From the IMG/VR virus record IMGVR_UViG_3300025789_000018: a DNA stretch of 64,000 nt; one strand, given 5' to 3'. Both the position numbers and the translations under genes were made by a program. The notes under the pieces are model-generated. The model did no database searches. It was not told the origin of the DNA and saw only the letters and a list, made by a program, of their open reading frames with translations. Of the stretch, positions 1 through 7,200 are shown one piece after another; position 1 is the stretch's first letter, and every line of letters begins with the position of its first letter. Source of the DNA: a virus. Its lineage: Duplodnaviria > Caudoviricetes.

Positions 1-113
1 AAAGAAGTTTTGCTCGCCCGTGTTTTTCCATTGTACAGAAAGTAATCGTATTTCGGTTTAGAAAAATGATTCTTTAAGGCAATGAAAAGTTTATATGCCT
101 CAACAGCTTCCAT
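1..113 (-). CDS. 59: Helicase loader gp59-like, 5' part (runs off the window start)
   Basis: Hand translation MEAVEAYKLFIALKNHFSKPKYDYFLYNGKTRA resembles the T4-like gp59 N-terminus; its ATG overlaps the gp33 stop (TAATG). Confidence 0.8.
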   Translation of the reverse strand, partial: MEAVEAYKLFIALKNHFSKPKYDYFLYNGKTRASKTS

Positions 114-352
114 TAGATCGGCAGCTTTGATGACTTAGGTAAGAAATTTAAAGATTCTGCTTCTTCTTGAATCTTGCTTCTCATAATCGCATTATTCTTA
201 ACCATTGACGCCACAGATTCTACTTCGATATTTCTTTTTTCGCAGTAGAAAACTATGGCGTCAAGGTAATCAAGATTATGTTTCTTCACAAGATCGTCGA
301 TTTCCCTCACAAAATCAGTAGAATTCTTAATAAACGGGACGACGTCTTTCAT
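113..352 (-). CDS. 33: Late transcription coactivator gp33-like
   Basis: YLDAIVFYCE..IEVESVA..KIQEEAESLNFL pattern; adjacent to gp59 as in T4-like phages. Confidence 0.85.
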   Translation of the reverse strand: MKDVVPFIKNSTDFVREIDDLVKKHNLDYLDAIVFYCEKRNIEVESVASMVKNNAIMRSKIQEEAESLNFLPKSSKLPI

Positions 353-355
353 ACT

Positions 356-904
356 TTATCCTTTGTTTACATAAAAATAGTGTTGTCCAATTTGGGCAAT
401 TCTAACATAGCCCAATAGATGCCAGTGCGGGTGAATATAGTTAGCATGATAGAATTGAGCGCCGCGTGTAATGTCAGCACAGATACCGTGATATACTTGA
501 TATGCAACAGTTTTACTGTCCTGATATGTAGTACTCGCATACATGATAGGTCTATTTCTCATACAAACCCAAGAGAACTGACAAACTCTACCACGCTTCT
601 GTCTTACGACTTTACATGGAGTATTACCAAATCTCTTATCGCCAACTCGATTCATAACAACCTGAGTTACGGCAATTTTACCCTTAATAGACTGATTTCC
701 TGCTTCATAATAAGCATTTTGTGCAAGACAATCAATCTGTTGTTTATCGTAGTTAGATTCATTAACGACTGGCTTTCCGAAAACTTCAGCTTTTGGTGTA
801 TTTGCTCGAGCTGTTTCTGAAAAACTCATTATTACAACACTCAAACAAACCAGTGCAATTATAACAATATGACCAAAAGACTTAATTTTATCGAATAGTA
901 ACAT
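356..904 (-). CDS. SleB/Hydrolase_2 cell-wall hydrolase with N-terminal TM/signal segment (paralog 1)
   Basis: CLAQNAYYEAGNQ...VVMNRV...CQFSW...FYHANY...IGQHYFY; start moved to ATG 904 because GAGGA SD precedes it and 905-1000 belongs to a conserved leader. Confidence 0.85.
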   Translation of the reverse strand: MLLFDKIKSFGHIVIIALVCLSVVIMSFSETARANTPKAEVFGKPVVNESNYDKQQIDCLAQNAYYEAGNQSIKGKIAVTQVVMNRVGDKRFGNTPCKVVRQKRGRVCQFSWVCMRNRPIMYASTTYQDSKTVAYQVYHGICADITRGAQFYHANYIHPHWHLLGYVRIAQIGQHYFYVNKG

Positions 905-1145
905 TCGTTCCTCTTTTAAATTAACGATTCTGGCGATTGCATGTGTCCTTATAGAGCGTCTCATCTCGTGACAGTGATACAATGCTAAAAGAAGATACAA
1001 ATAATGGATACTCTCGGGTATCTTCTAGTCCATCTCCCTCTTACTGGAGTTGCAAAATCATTATGCTTTTATGGCGGTAATCCGCTGCTTTCTTCTGAAA
1101 GCTATGTAAGAGCTCATGGAGGCCATGCCTCCGATTATATTTATA
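905..1145 (-). promoter_or_regulatory. Late promoter (TATAAATA 1138-1145) plus long structured leader of SleB paralog 1
   Basis: Block 1017-1055 matches 59698-59737 at 35/40 positions; CTCTTAC/GTAAGAG and AGAAGATAC/GTATCTTCT stems present in both copies. Confidence 0.7.
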
Positions 1146-1194
1146 TAAGTCTTAGAAATTATTTTATCGGTTGGACTTATTTTTGTAACGTTTG

Positions 1195-1302
1195 AACTTA
1201 GAAGAACACTGACTGATACCTGCACTTCTCACCGTGTGCTTTTCGAGTCGCGATCCCTAGATATCCGCGTGGCGTTATTCGTTGTCAGTGTTCATCAAAG
1301 TT
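1195..1302 (-). ncRNA. Putative small structured RNA A (GAUGAAC closing-helix family)
   Basis: Terminal inverted repeat AACTT-T-GA-T-GAACACTGAC / GTCAGTGTTC-T-TC-T-AAGTT enclosing two hairpins; no credible ORF. Confidence 0.5.
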
Positions 1303-1470
1303 TGCTGGGTACTATCGCTCCGTTTAAGGGCAATCGCTATACGTAGCCCCCCTAGAATAAACCTTTCATCGGTTGCGCCGAACATCCCACATAGTGGCGG
1401 TTATCAGCTAGGGTGATGATCTTCCTCGATAGTTAGGATCTTGCGCTCTTCTGCTCGGACCCAACAAAAC
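1300..1470 (-). ncRNA. Putative ~170-nt multibranch RNA D downstream of a late promoter (TATAAATA 1472-1479)
   Basis: Nested stems 1301-1310/1459-1468, 1311-1317/1427-1433, 1350-1355/1408-1413, 1328-1331/1346-1349. Confidence 0.5.
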
Positions 1471-1480
1471 TTATTTATAA

Positions 1481-1589
1481 ACTTAGAAGAACCTACGATA
1501 TGGAGCACCCTCTCCATGGCAGCCACCAACGTCTTCGTCAAGACTTATTTCGGTGGTAGAACCCGTCGGCAAAGTAGGTTCATCTAAGT
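1481..1589 (-). ncRNA. Putative small structured RNA B (GAUGAAC family)
   Basis: ACTTAGA-T-GAACCTAC / GTAGGTTC-T-TCTAAGT terminal stem; inner CCACC/GGTGG and ATGGAG/CTCCAT hairpins. Confidence 0.5.
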
Positions 1590-1631
1590 GGTGGTTATTC
1601 TGTTGCAAGGTCAACCACCAAACCCATATTT

Positions 1632-1698
1632 TATAAATAAGATGTGACTCGCGGTTTCGCACACCCAGTCACTCTAACGCTTACAAGGAGCAATCAGC
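1632..1698 (+). promoter_or_regulatory. Nuclease-cassette leader copy 1 (late promoter + two-stem hairpin + SD)
   Basis: TATAAATA, GTGACT/AGTCAC stem, TCTAACGCTTACAAGGAGCAATCAGC-ATG. Confidence 0.8.
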
Positions 1699-2469
1699 AT
1701 GACTATTTATACAGGATACGTATATCTTTGGTACGACACCAGAGCAAAATTCTTTTATCTTGGTGGCCACAAAGGTAAAGTAGAAGATTCTTATATCTGC
1801 TCTAACAAAATGATGCTGAGAGCATACAAGAAACGTCCAGAAACATTCAAATTTCGTGTGCTTGAATATGTTTACGGCGACAACAAAGCTTTGCGTGAAG
1901 CAGAACAACGTTGGCTAAACATGATCAAAGACGAAGAACTTTATTGGACACCAAACATTTACAACAAAACTGTTAGATATTACAACCAGAAGAAACATTC
2001 TGCTGGAGGTAATGGCACTGCCAATAAAGGCAAAAGTAGACCAAGTTGGAGCAAAGGATATACAAAAGATGAAATAAATCTAAGAAGAGACGGTCTGTTG
2101 TCTTTCTTTCCTTTAGATATTCCTAAGAAACTTCCAAAAAGGCGTCAACTAGACAAAAGTAAAACAAAAATAAAAGAAGCAAAACCAAAGTTTTGTAAAG
2201 TGTATTCGCATATATGCGAAAAGTGTGCTAAAAACTTCTATCATAAAAAAGATGATATTAGATTTTGCTCTCTATCATGCCGCGCAAGTAATGCAGCATC
2301 TTTAGTAAAGGTAAATGGCATGAAGAAAGAACAAACTAGAAAAAGTTTTTCTAATCTAACCACTGGAAGAAAAATGTCCACGAGAGAAGACGGCACAAGA
2401 TATTGGACATATCCAGATAATGAGGGTGTTTATTTCACAGAGTACACCCACAAACTCCGAACTACTTAG
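1699..2469 (+). CDS. Seg-like GIY-YIG homing endonuclease
   Basis: GYVY..FYLGGHKG..YICS N-terminal GIY-YIG-type motifs; C-terminal CxxC..CSxxC zinc motif; antisense to the flanking genes. Confidence 0.85.
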   Translation: MTIYTGYVYLWYDTRAKFFYLGGHKGKVEDSYICSNKMMLRAYKKRPETFKFRVLEYVYGDNKALREAEQRWLNMIKDEELYWTPNIYNKTVRYYNQKKHSAGGNGTANKGKSRPSWSKGYTKDEINLRRDGLLSFFPLDIPKKLPKRRQLDKSKTKIKEAKPKFCKVYSHICEKCAKNFYHKKDDIRFCSLSCRASNAASLVKVNGMKKEQTRKSFSNLTTGRKMSTREDGTRYWTYPDNEGVYFTEYTHKLRTT

Positions 2470-2470
2470 A

Positions 2471-2756
2471 TCAGGCAGACATTCTCACGGCTGCAAAATC
2501 GTTGTCGTTATGTGCAACTAGGTTGACATTTACAGTTTTAGCCACTCGGCCAGCGAATCAGTCTAGACTTTCCTATCCAATGCAAATCGATCCCAGGTCA
2601 TCCCCATCAACTACACTGTGCTATATAAGGATAGCGTTAGTCCTAAGTCTTTAGACAATACTATCTAGCAGATACTAAATGCACAGTATAGATGGTGGAG
2701 ATGGGGAGAATCGAACTCCCGTCTTTACATCTTTCAGTCCGCTTTCAAACAACTGA
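2471..2756 (-). ncRNA. ssrA: Circularly permuted (two-piece) tmRNA
   Basis: Acceptor piece ends GAC-GGGAG-TTCGATT-CTCCC-CATCTCC-ACCA (3' end 2693); coding piece starts GGGGATG at 2605, giving G3-U70; 87-nt intervening stem 2606-2692; TAGTT|GCA resume site and tag AHNDNDFAAVRMSA* at 2471-2515; late promoter 2762-2769. Confidence 0.92.
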
Positions 2757-2796
2757 TAACTTATTTATACGCGAAACGCATATAAATGTCAAGAGA

Positions 2797-3000
2797 TTAT
2801 TTTACCTTTTTGTTGACTTTGGCCTTTGGTGCAGGCGTTAGAGCAGCTTCTAGACGCTCTTCCAGATCCTTGATGTCTGCTTCAGCAGTGGCAAGCTTTT
2901 CCTTCAGTCGGGCACTTTCGATAGTATCTGCGCTTACAACCGTACCAGCCACAAATGCTACGAACAGCAATGCAATGAAAATTCCGTATACAATAAACAT
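2797..3000 (-). CDS. Small membrane protein with coiled-coil tail
   Basis: N-terminal hydrophobic helix; late promoter at 3038-3045. Confidence 0.6.
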   Translation of the reverse strand: MFIVYGIFIALLFVAFVAGTVVSADTIESARLKEKLATAEADIKDLEERLEAALTPAPKAKVNKKVK

Positions 3001-3032
3001 AATGTTCTCCTATTATAAAATGGCAATGATAC

Positions 3033-3173
3033 CTAGATATTTATATCGTTAGCCTCATCATTCCAGACGTCTTTGATCTGCCGACCTCGACCGACTGTCT
3101 TCTTCTTGCTCTCTATAATCTTGGGCTTGTTATAGCGCCAAGAGTTACCAGCAACAGGATTACGCGGCTTCAT
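3033..3173 (-). CDS. Small basic hypothetical protein (46 aa, not in ORF track)
   Basis: Hand translation MKPRNPVAGNSWRYNKPKIIESKKK...; fills the gap on the coding strand. Confidence 0.55.
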   Translation of the reverse strand: MKPRNPVAGNSWRYNKPKIIESKKKTVGRGRQIKDVWNDEANDINI

Positions 3174-3564
3174 TGACTTTCTCCAACCATTGCTTGATCG
3201 AACCAAACTTCAGATCAAAACACCATTCAAGACGTTCATAGCCGTAGAAGTTCAAATCATCAAGTTCATCTTCTGCATCCTCAAGGATTTCAATAGCATG
3301 TTCAACCGAAGTACCAGGAACAAGTTCCTGAATCTTCTCAATGCGGCCGACAAAAACCTTGAAGTTGTTTTCATGACGAATAGCTTCTTCTCGGTTTTGA
3401 AGATCAAGCATTTTAACCAGAAACTCAAAGTCCTTTTCAAAAGCTTCTAGAGAAAGGAAAGTGATCCCACGAGGGCGAAAGCCGTTAAGATCCTTGAAAA
3501 GATCCGAATAGATGTCACCATCATGCGAGTTGGTCAGGGCGTTGATGTCCGACAGGTTCAACAT
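3160..3564 (-). CDS. Hypothetical early protein
   Basis: ORF directly behind the early promoter element 3565-3625. Confidence 0.7.
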   Translation of the reverse strand: MLNLSDINALTNSHDGDIYSDLFKDLNGFRPRGITFLSLEAFEKDFEFLVKMLDLQNREEAIRHENNFKVFVGRIEKIQELVPGTSVEHAIEILEDAEDELDDLNFYGYERLEWCFDLKFGSIKQWLEKVNEAA

Positions 3565-3625
3565 TTCGAATCACTCCATCTCTCTGCTACATTCTCACAA
3601 TACGATGATTCGATAAAAATGTCAA
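3565..3625 (-). promoter_or_regulatory. Early sigma70-type promoter/leader element; first of ~22 dispersed copies
   Basis: TTGACA-N8-GANTC-N3-4-TATKRT followed by a GTAG-CAG-GAGA...GTGATTCG-ATG leader; copies have TTGACA at 3620, 8009, 8928, 9477, 13609, 14392, 15588, 16668, 17148, 17702, 46834, 50796, 51434, 52593, 61369, 61609 and others. Confidence 0.85.
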
Positions 3626-3652
3626 CCCAAAAGTTGTTTCAGTGCGTGAAAC

Positions 3653-3946
3653 TCAGAATGATGTCCACTCGTACTCGCTGTTACCTGTCTTGAAGCGAAC
3701 ATAGAGAAAGTTTGGATCCTCAGGATCAGTTCGCTCTTCCAGAATCTCAGTGATGTATGTGGTCTGCCACCAGTCGTATTCAGAGTACGACCGAGCATAG
3801 ATACTACCTACACGCATGACAACACCAACACGAGGTACTGCCGCATTTTCATACTGAATCTGATTATTATTGTCTTTCCATAGTGCCATGGACATGTTGC
3901 CCGAGTCACCAGCTTCATCTCTTGTTCTACGCAATGAATATGCCAT
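3653..3946 (-). CDS. Hypothetical protein
   Basis: ORF in a tightly packed minus-strand run. Confidence 0.6.
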   Translation of the reverse strand: MAYSLRRTRDEAGDSGNMSMALWKDNNNQIQYENAAVPRVGVVMRVGSIYARSYSEYDWWQTTYITEILEERTDPEDPNFLYVRFKTGNSEYEWTSF

Positions 3947-3947
3947 A

Positions 3948-4217
3948 TTACCACTCCGTTCCTACGGTGAAGTTAGTCTTTTCGTATGCTTGGAACCAGT
4001 CAACACCATATGCAGGGCAGATATAGATTGTATCAGGTAGACCGTTGGTATCCTTCTCACCACCTTCACCACAGATGAAGTAGCGATCACCAAGCTTCTC
4101 TGCTAAAATGGTGTGGTAAACTAGTCTATAGAACTTCCGAAGTTCTTCTAGTTCGCCTTCGAATGCTTCGGTCTTAAGATTACTATCAGAAAAATGCTCT
4201 TGCATTAGTTTACCCAC
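3948..4217 (-). CDS. Hypothetical protein
   Basis: ORF in a tightly packed minus-strand run. Confidence 0.6.
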   Translation of the reverse strand: MGKLMQEHFSDSNLKTEAFEGELEELRKFYRLVYHTILAEKLGDRYFICGEGGEKDTNGLPDTIYICPAYGVDWFQAYEKTNFTVGTEW

Positions 4218-4384
4218 ATCTTAAATAAAAGAGATGATAGATATATTGGCCAGATAGCCGCAGCAAATGCAGTGCCAATACACACAGGAACATCGTTTAA
4301 ACCGTCACGATATTCATCACCATGTTTTGCTTGATGATAACCACCCGACAATACTGCGATAATAATGTATAAGATAACAAACAT
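4205..4384 (-). CDS. Small membrane protein
   Basis: Two hydrophobic segments; start uncertain. Confidence 0.5.
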   Translation of the reverse strand: MFVILYIIIAVLSGGYHQAKHGDEYRDGLNDVPVCIGTAFAAAIWPIYLSSLLFKMWVN

Positions 4385-4595
4385 ATCATTGATTCCAAGC
4401 AAAGTCGCCATTAGTGGCATCGTAGTGTGCTGCATGATGCTTTATTACATCATTCTTCCAGGTGTTAGTAACAAGACCAAATGCGATAGCATATCCTACT
4501 AGTACACCGATTAAAAGATATACAACACAAATACCAAAGCCGCCATCATCCGTTTTCATTACACATTCTCCATCAATATACTTTAAGTTATCGGA

Positions 4596-4808
4596 TTACT
4601 CTCCTGGAATCCTGTACCAGTCAATGACTAGATCAAACGCATCAATGGCTTTCTGGATTTCAATATCATCTGCTTCTGAATCACCAAAGACAAACACGCT
4701 GTTATTTGCGCCTAGGTCTTGCGCAAGACTGTCTCGGGTCTCTTCAAGAGACTTCCATACAATCCGATCAAGTTGCTCATACGATAGTTCAACAGTCTTA
4801 TATGACAT
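4596..4808 (-). CDS. Hypothetical protein
   Basis: ORF coupled to its upstream neighbour. Confidence 0.55.
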   Translation of the reverse strand: MSYKTVELSYEQLDRIVWKSLEETRDSLAQDLGANNSVFVFGDSEADDIEIQKAIDAFDLVIDWYRIPGE

Positions 4809-5062
4809 TATACTTCAACCTTTCTATAGCGGGCATATGTACCATCGGTATGTTCTACCATGATTTCAACATGATTGTCAACAGTATTTTGACCAATAAT
4901 ATGCCCGATAGGGTTATTATTATCATGTGTCATACTAGCAGCATCAAAGCCTTCATTCCAAGCAGCATCCAACGTTAGATGTCGCTTAAAGATATACACG
5001 AACATGGCCAACATTAAAACGGCTGGTAGAGACACCAGCAAGTCTGGAACACTACAAGACAT
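4808..5062 (-). CDS. Hypothetical membrane protein
   Basis: N-terminal hydrophobic helix. Confidence 0.55.
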   Translation of the reverse strand: MSCSVPDLLVSLPAVLMLAMFVYIFKRHLTLDAAWNEGFDAASMTHDNNNPIGHIIGQNTVDNHVEIMVEHTDGTYARYRKVEV

Positions 5063-5065
5063 ACT

Positions 5066-5311
5066 TCAACCTTCCATATCTACAGTTGGTACAGTTTGCC
5101 ATTCCATAGAACTAACAACTTTATCGCCTACTACACTGTTAACGTGTACTTTGATTTGGATTTCAGTTCGACCTGTATACTCTTTTTGGTTCACAGCACC
5201 TTGAGTAGTTGACACGAATCGATTCTTATAGAAACGCACAACTCGCATATTATCAACCACGGCCAATCTCCTTCTTGTATTGGGCGAGGGCGGAATGCCA
5301 GTTTCCACCAC
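5066..5311 (-). CDS. Hypothetical protein
   Basis: ORF in the minus-strand run. Confidence 0.5.
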   Translation of the reverse strand: MVETGIPPSPNTRRRLAVVDNMRVVRFYKNRFVSTTQGAVNQKEYTGRTEIQIKVHVNSVVGDKVVSSMEWQTVPTVDMEG

Positions 5312-5519
5312 AGTGTTCTTTTACTACGCAGACAGTCTTAAGTATCCGCTTCAAAGCTTCCTCGTCAGGATCAACAGGTGGCTGCTCGTACTTCACGATC
5401 ATGCGGGCGAGGACAGTCACTGGGTCATCATATATGATGTACCAGTTGTTGCTAACCTGGTCGTTCAGCATTTTAACTGCTCGCTGGCGGGCCCACAATG
5501 GAATATTTTCATCAGTCAT
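5253..5519 (-). CDS. Hypothetical protein (start MTDENIP)
   Basis: Start trimmed so the gene does not overlap the nuclease-cassette leader. Confidence 0.55.
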   Translation of the reverse strand: MTDENIPLWARQRAVKMLNDQVSNNWYIIYDDPVTVLARMIVKYEQPPVDPDEEALKRILKTVCVVKEHCGGNWHSALAQYKKEIGRG

Positions 5520-5533
5520 TTTTATAAACTCCG

Positions 5534-5602
5534 TATAAATAGAAGTGTCTGTCGCGATACTCCAATATCCACAGACTCTAACGCTAAACAGGAGCATCAG
5601 CT
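5534..5602 (+). promoter_or_regulatory. Nuclease-cassette leader copy 2
   Basis: TATAAATA, GTCTGT/ACAGAC stem, TCTAACGCTAAACAGGAGCATCAGCT-ATG. Confidence 0.85.
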
Positions 5603-6124
5603 ATGAATATATATCTTTATATCAAACAATGTACACATTGTCAACTAAAATATTTTGGTAAAACATCACAATCAAATCCTTATGAATATAAAGGATCAGG
5701 AAAGAGATGGCGTAATCACCTAAAGAAACACAAAGCATCTGTTATAACACTTGAAGTTTTTTCATTTGATAATGAACAAGATGCTAAAGAGTTTGCTCTA
5801 GCGTTTTCTAGAGAACACTCAATAGTAGAATCTAAAGAGTGGGCAAATCTTATAGAAGAAGACGCACTCTGTGGTGGATCAAGACCATATAATAAAGAAG
5901 CAAACAAGAAAAACTCTAAACTGGGTGGATTTGCTAAAGCGGCAAAAGGATATCCAGTTTGGAACAAAGGTCTAAAGACTGGTCCAGATTCAGAAGAAAC
6001 TAAAAGAAAAAAGAGCGCCAGTAGAACTGGCAACCGACGCTCTTATAGAGAAGATGGAACTTGGTTTTGGATCAAACCAACTCTGCCATCTCCACAGCAA
6101 GATTCAACGCTTGGACTTTCTTAG
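5603..6124 (+). CDS. GIY-YIG family homing endonuclease
   Basis: IYLYIKQCTHCQLKYFGKT..Y.GSGKRW..H; paralogous to 12334 and 62769. Confidence 0.8.
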   Translation: MNIYLYIKQCTHCQLKYFGKTSQSNPYEYKGSGKRWRNHLKKHKASVITLEVFSFDNEQDAKEFALAFSREHSIVESKEWANLIEEDALCGGSRPYNKEANKKNSKLGGFAKAAKGYPVWNKGLKTGPDSEETKRKKSASRTGNRRSYREDGTWFWIKPTLPSPQQDSTLGLS

Positions 6125-7049
6125 TTTGGTTTACACCATACCAAGATGAGGCGAGTCGCGTATCTGCGCTTCGGCCGAGTACATGGTCAGTCAGATAAGT
6201 GACCGCGTTATAGGCTTGCCAGAAAGTGCCTTCTGCAAACTGTGCGCCAGGCTGTTCATGGAGTGCTTCCATCGCAAACTGTGCAGCACGGCTGTGCAAC
6301 TGACCAGCGTTCTCAATAGCAGAGTTCTTCTTATCAGAGGTCTTGGGGAAGATACGATTGAAGTATTCAACGATGTTTTCGTTGCTGTACTTCTTGGTGC
6401 CGAGAAAGGCTGCCATTTCCTTATACTTAGCAAGCTTATCACTAGCAATACCGAGAGTTTCCTTGACCATATCAGGATCAAACTCACGGCGGTGATTGAT
6501 CTTCACCATGTTAGAAGCCTTACCACCAAGGGCAAGTGTCAGAGTGTTATTGCAGACAACACGAATGGGAGTAAAACGAACGTCAATCGACTTACCATAC
6601 TGATGAGGATTGCTGAAGAGCAGGAAGCCTTCAACCTTGTCTCCACCAAACAGTTCAAATGAGTCGTTGATCTTTGCAAGACCCCAGACCATCTTGCCGT
6701 CCATCAGAGAACCAGCAGTGTGCATGGACATATCGCCAGCACCAACAAAATCATTGAAGAAGCGAAATGCTTCCACATTCTGAAGTGGATTCCAGTCATC
6801 CGTGATAACGTCAAGCACCTTGCTATCGCTGCTACGGATCAGAGCAGAGTGACCAGTGTTGATCTTCTGACCGTTATACATTGCAGGAAGAGGAACAGTG
6901 TCAACTGTCCAGTCAAGCCGAGCAGCTTCCATCATCTGTTCAGGAGTGAGGTCATTAGAGACCTTGAAGCCGAGACCGTGCCAGGGCAGATCGCCAGCGT
7001 ATGCATGACTAAAAGATCCATCAGAAAGTTGTTCAATCATATGTGCCAT
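6072..7049 (-). CDS. DUF932/DUF945-like phage/plasmid protein (TIGR03299-like)
   Basis: AYAGDLPWHGLG...PLQNVEAF.FF...TAGSL..GK.VW...FTPIRVVCNNTL. Confidence 0.8.
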   Translation of the reverse strand: MAHMIEQLSDGSFSHAYAGDLPWHGLGFKVSNDLTPEQMMEAARLDWTVDTVPLPAMYNGQKINTGHSALIRSSDSKVLDVITDDWNPLQNVEAFRFFNDFVGAGDMSMHTAGSLMDGKMVWGLAKINDSFELFGGDKVEGFLLFSNPHQYGKSIDVRFTPIRVVCNNTLTLALGGKASNMVKINHRREFDPDMVKETLGIASDKLAKYKEMAAFLGTKKYSNENIVEYFNRIFPKTSDKKNSAIENAGQLHSRAAQFAMEALHEQPGAQFAEGTFWQAYNAVTYLTDHVLGRSADTRLASSWYGVNQTKKVQALNLAVEMAELV

Positions 7050-7133
7050 AGTATATTTCCTTTCACAACATCATTGTTGATATATTCTTATTACAACATT
7101 TTAGAAAAAATGTCAACCAAAAAATCAATCTTA

Positions 7134-7200
7134 TATAAATAAAATGTCTGTCACGGTATCCCCATACCCACAGACTCTAACGCTAAACAGGAGCATCAGC
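7134..7200 (+). promoter_or_regulatory. Nuclease-cassette leader copy 3
   Basis: TATAAATA, GTCTGT/ACAGAC and GGTAT/ATACC stems, same 3' block. Confidence 0.85.

Noticed and set aside
905-1195. ORF-track extension of SleB to 1000 and plus-strand ORF 1004-1195; likewise 59647-59856 and 59802-60038
   Set aside because: These overlap the conserved structured leaders. Conservation between the two loci includes indels and stem covariation rather than codon patterns, and a clear SD precedes ATG 904.
1150-1470. RNase P, SRP or 6S RNA identity for the non-coding block
   Set aside because: GAGGAAGAUC only loosely resembles RNase P CR-I and has no matching CR-V partner; there is no SRP GGAA/AGCAG motif or 6S-like long hairpin with a central bubble.
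1195-1589. Hammerhead ribozyme or C/D-box/TIGR-type array suggested by UGAUGA-like text
   Set aside because: The CUGANGA...GAAA core is absent, GAUGAAC is base-paired, and the elements are dispersed rather than a regularly spaced array. I recognised no Nop-domain protein in the window.
7144-7200. Upstream in-frame starts at 7144 and 12277 for two nucleases
   Set aside because: They fall at the very start of the shared leader. The equivalent ATG is followed by an immediate stop in copy 1 and is out of frame in copy 5, and all copies have AGGAG just before the downstream ATG.
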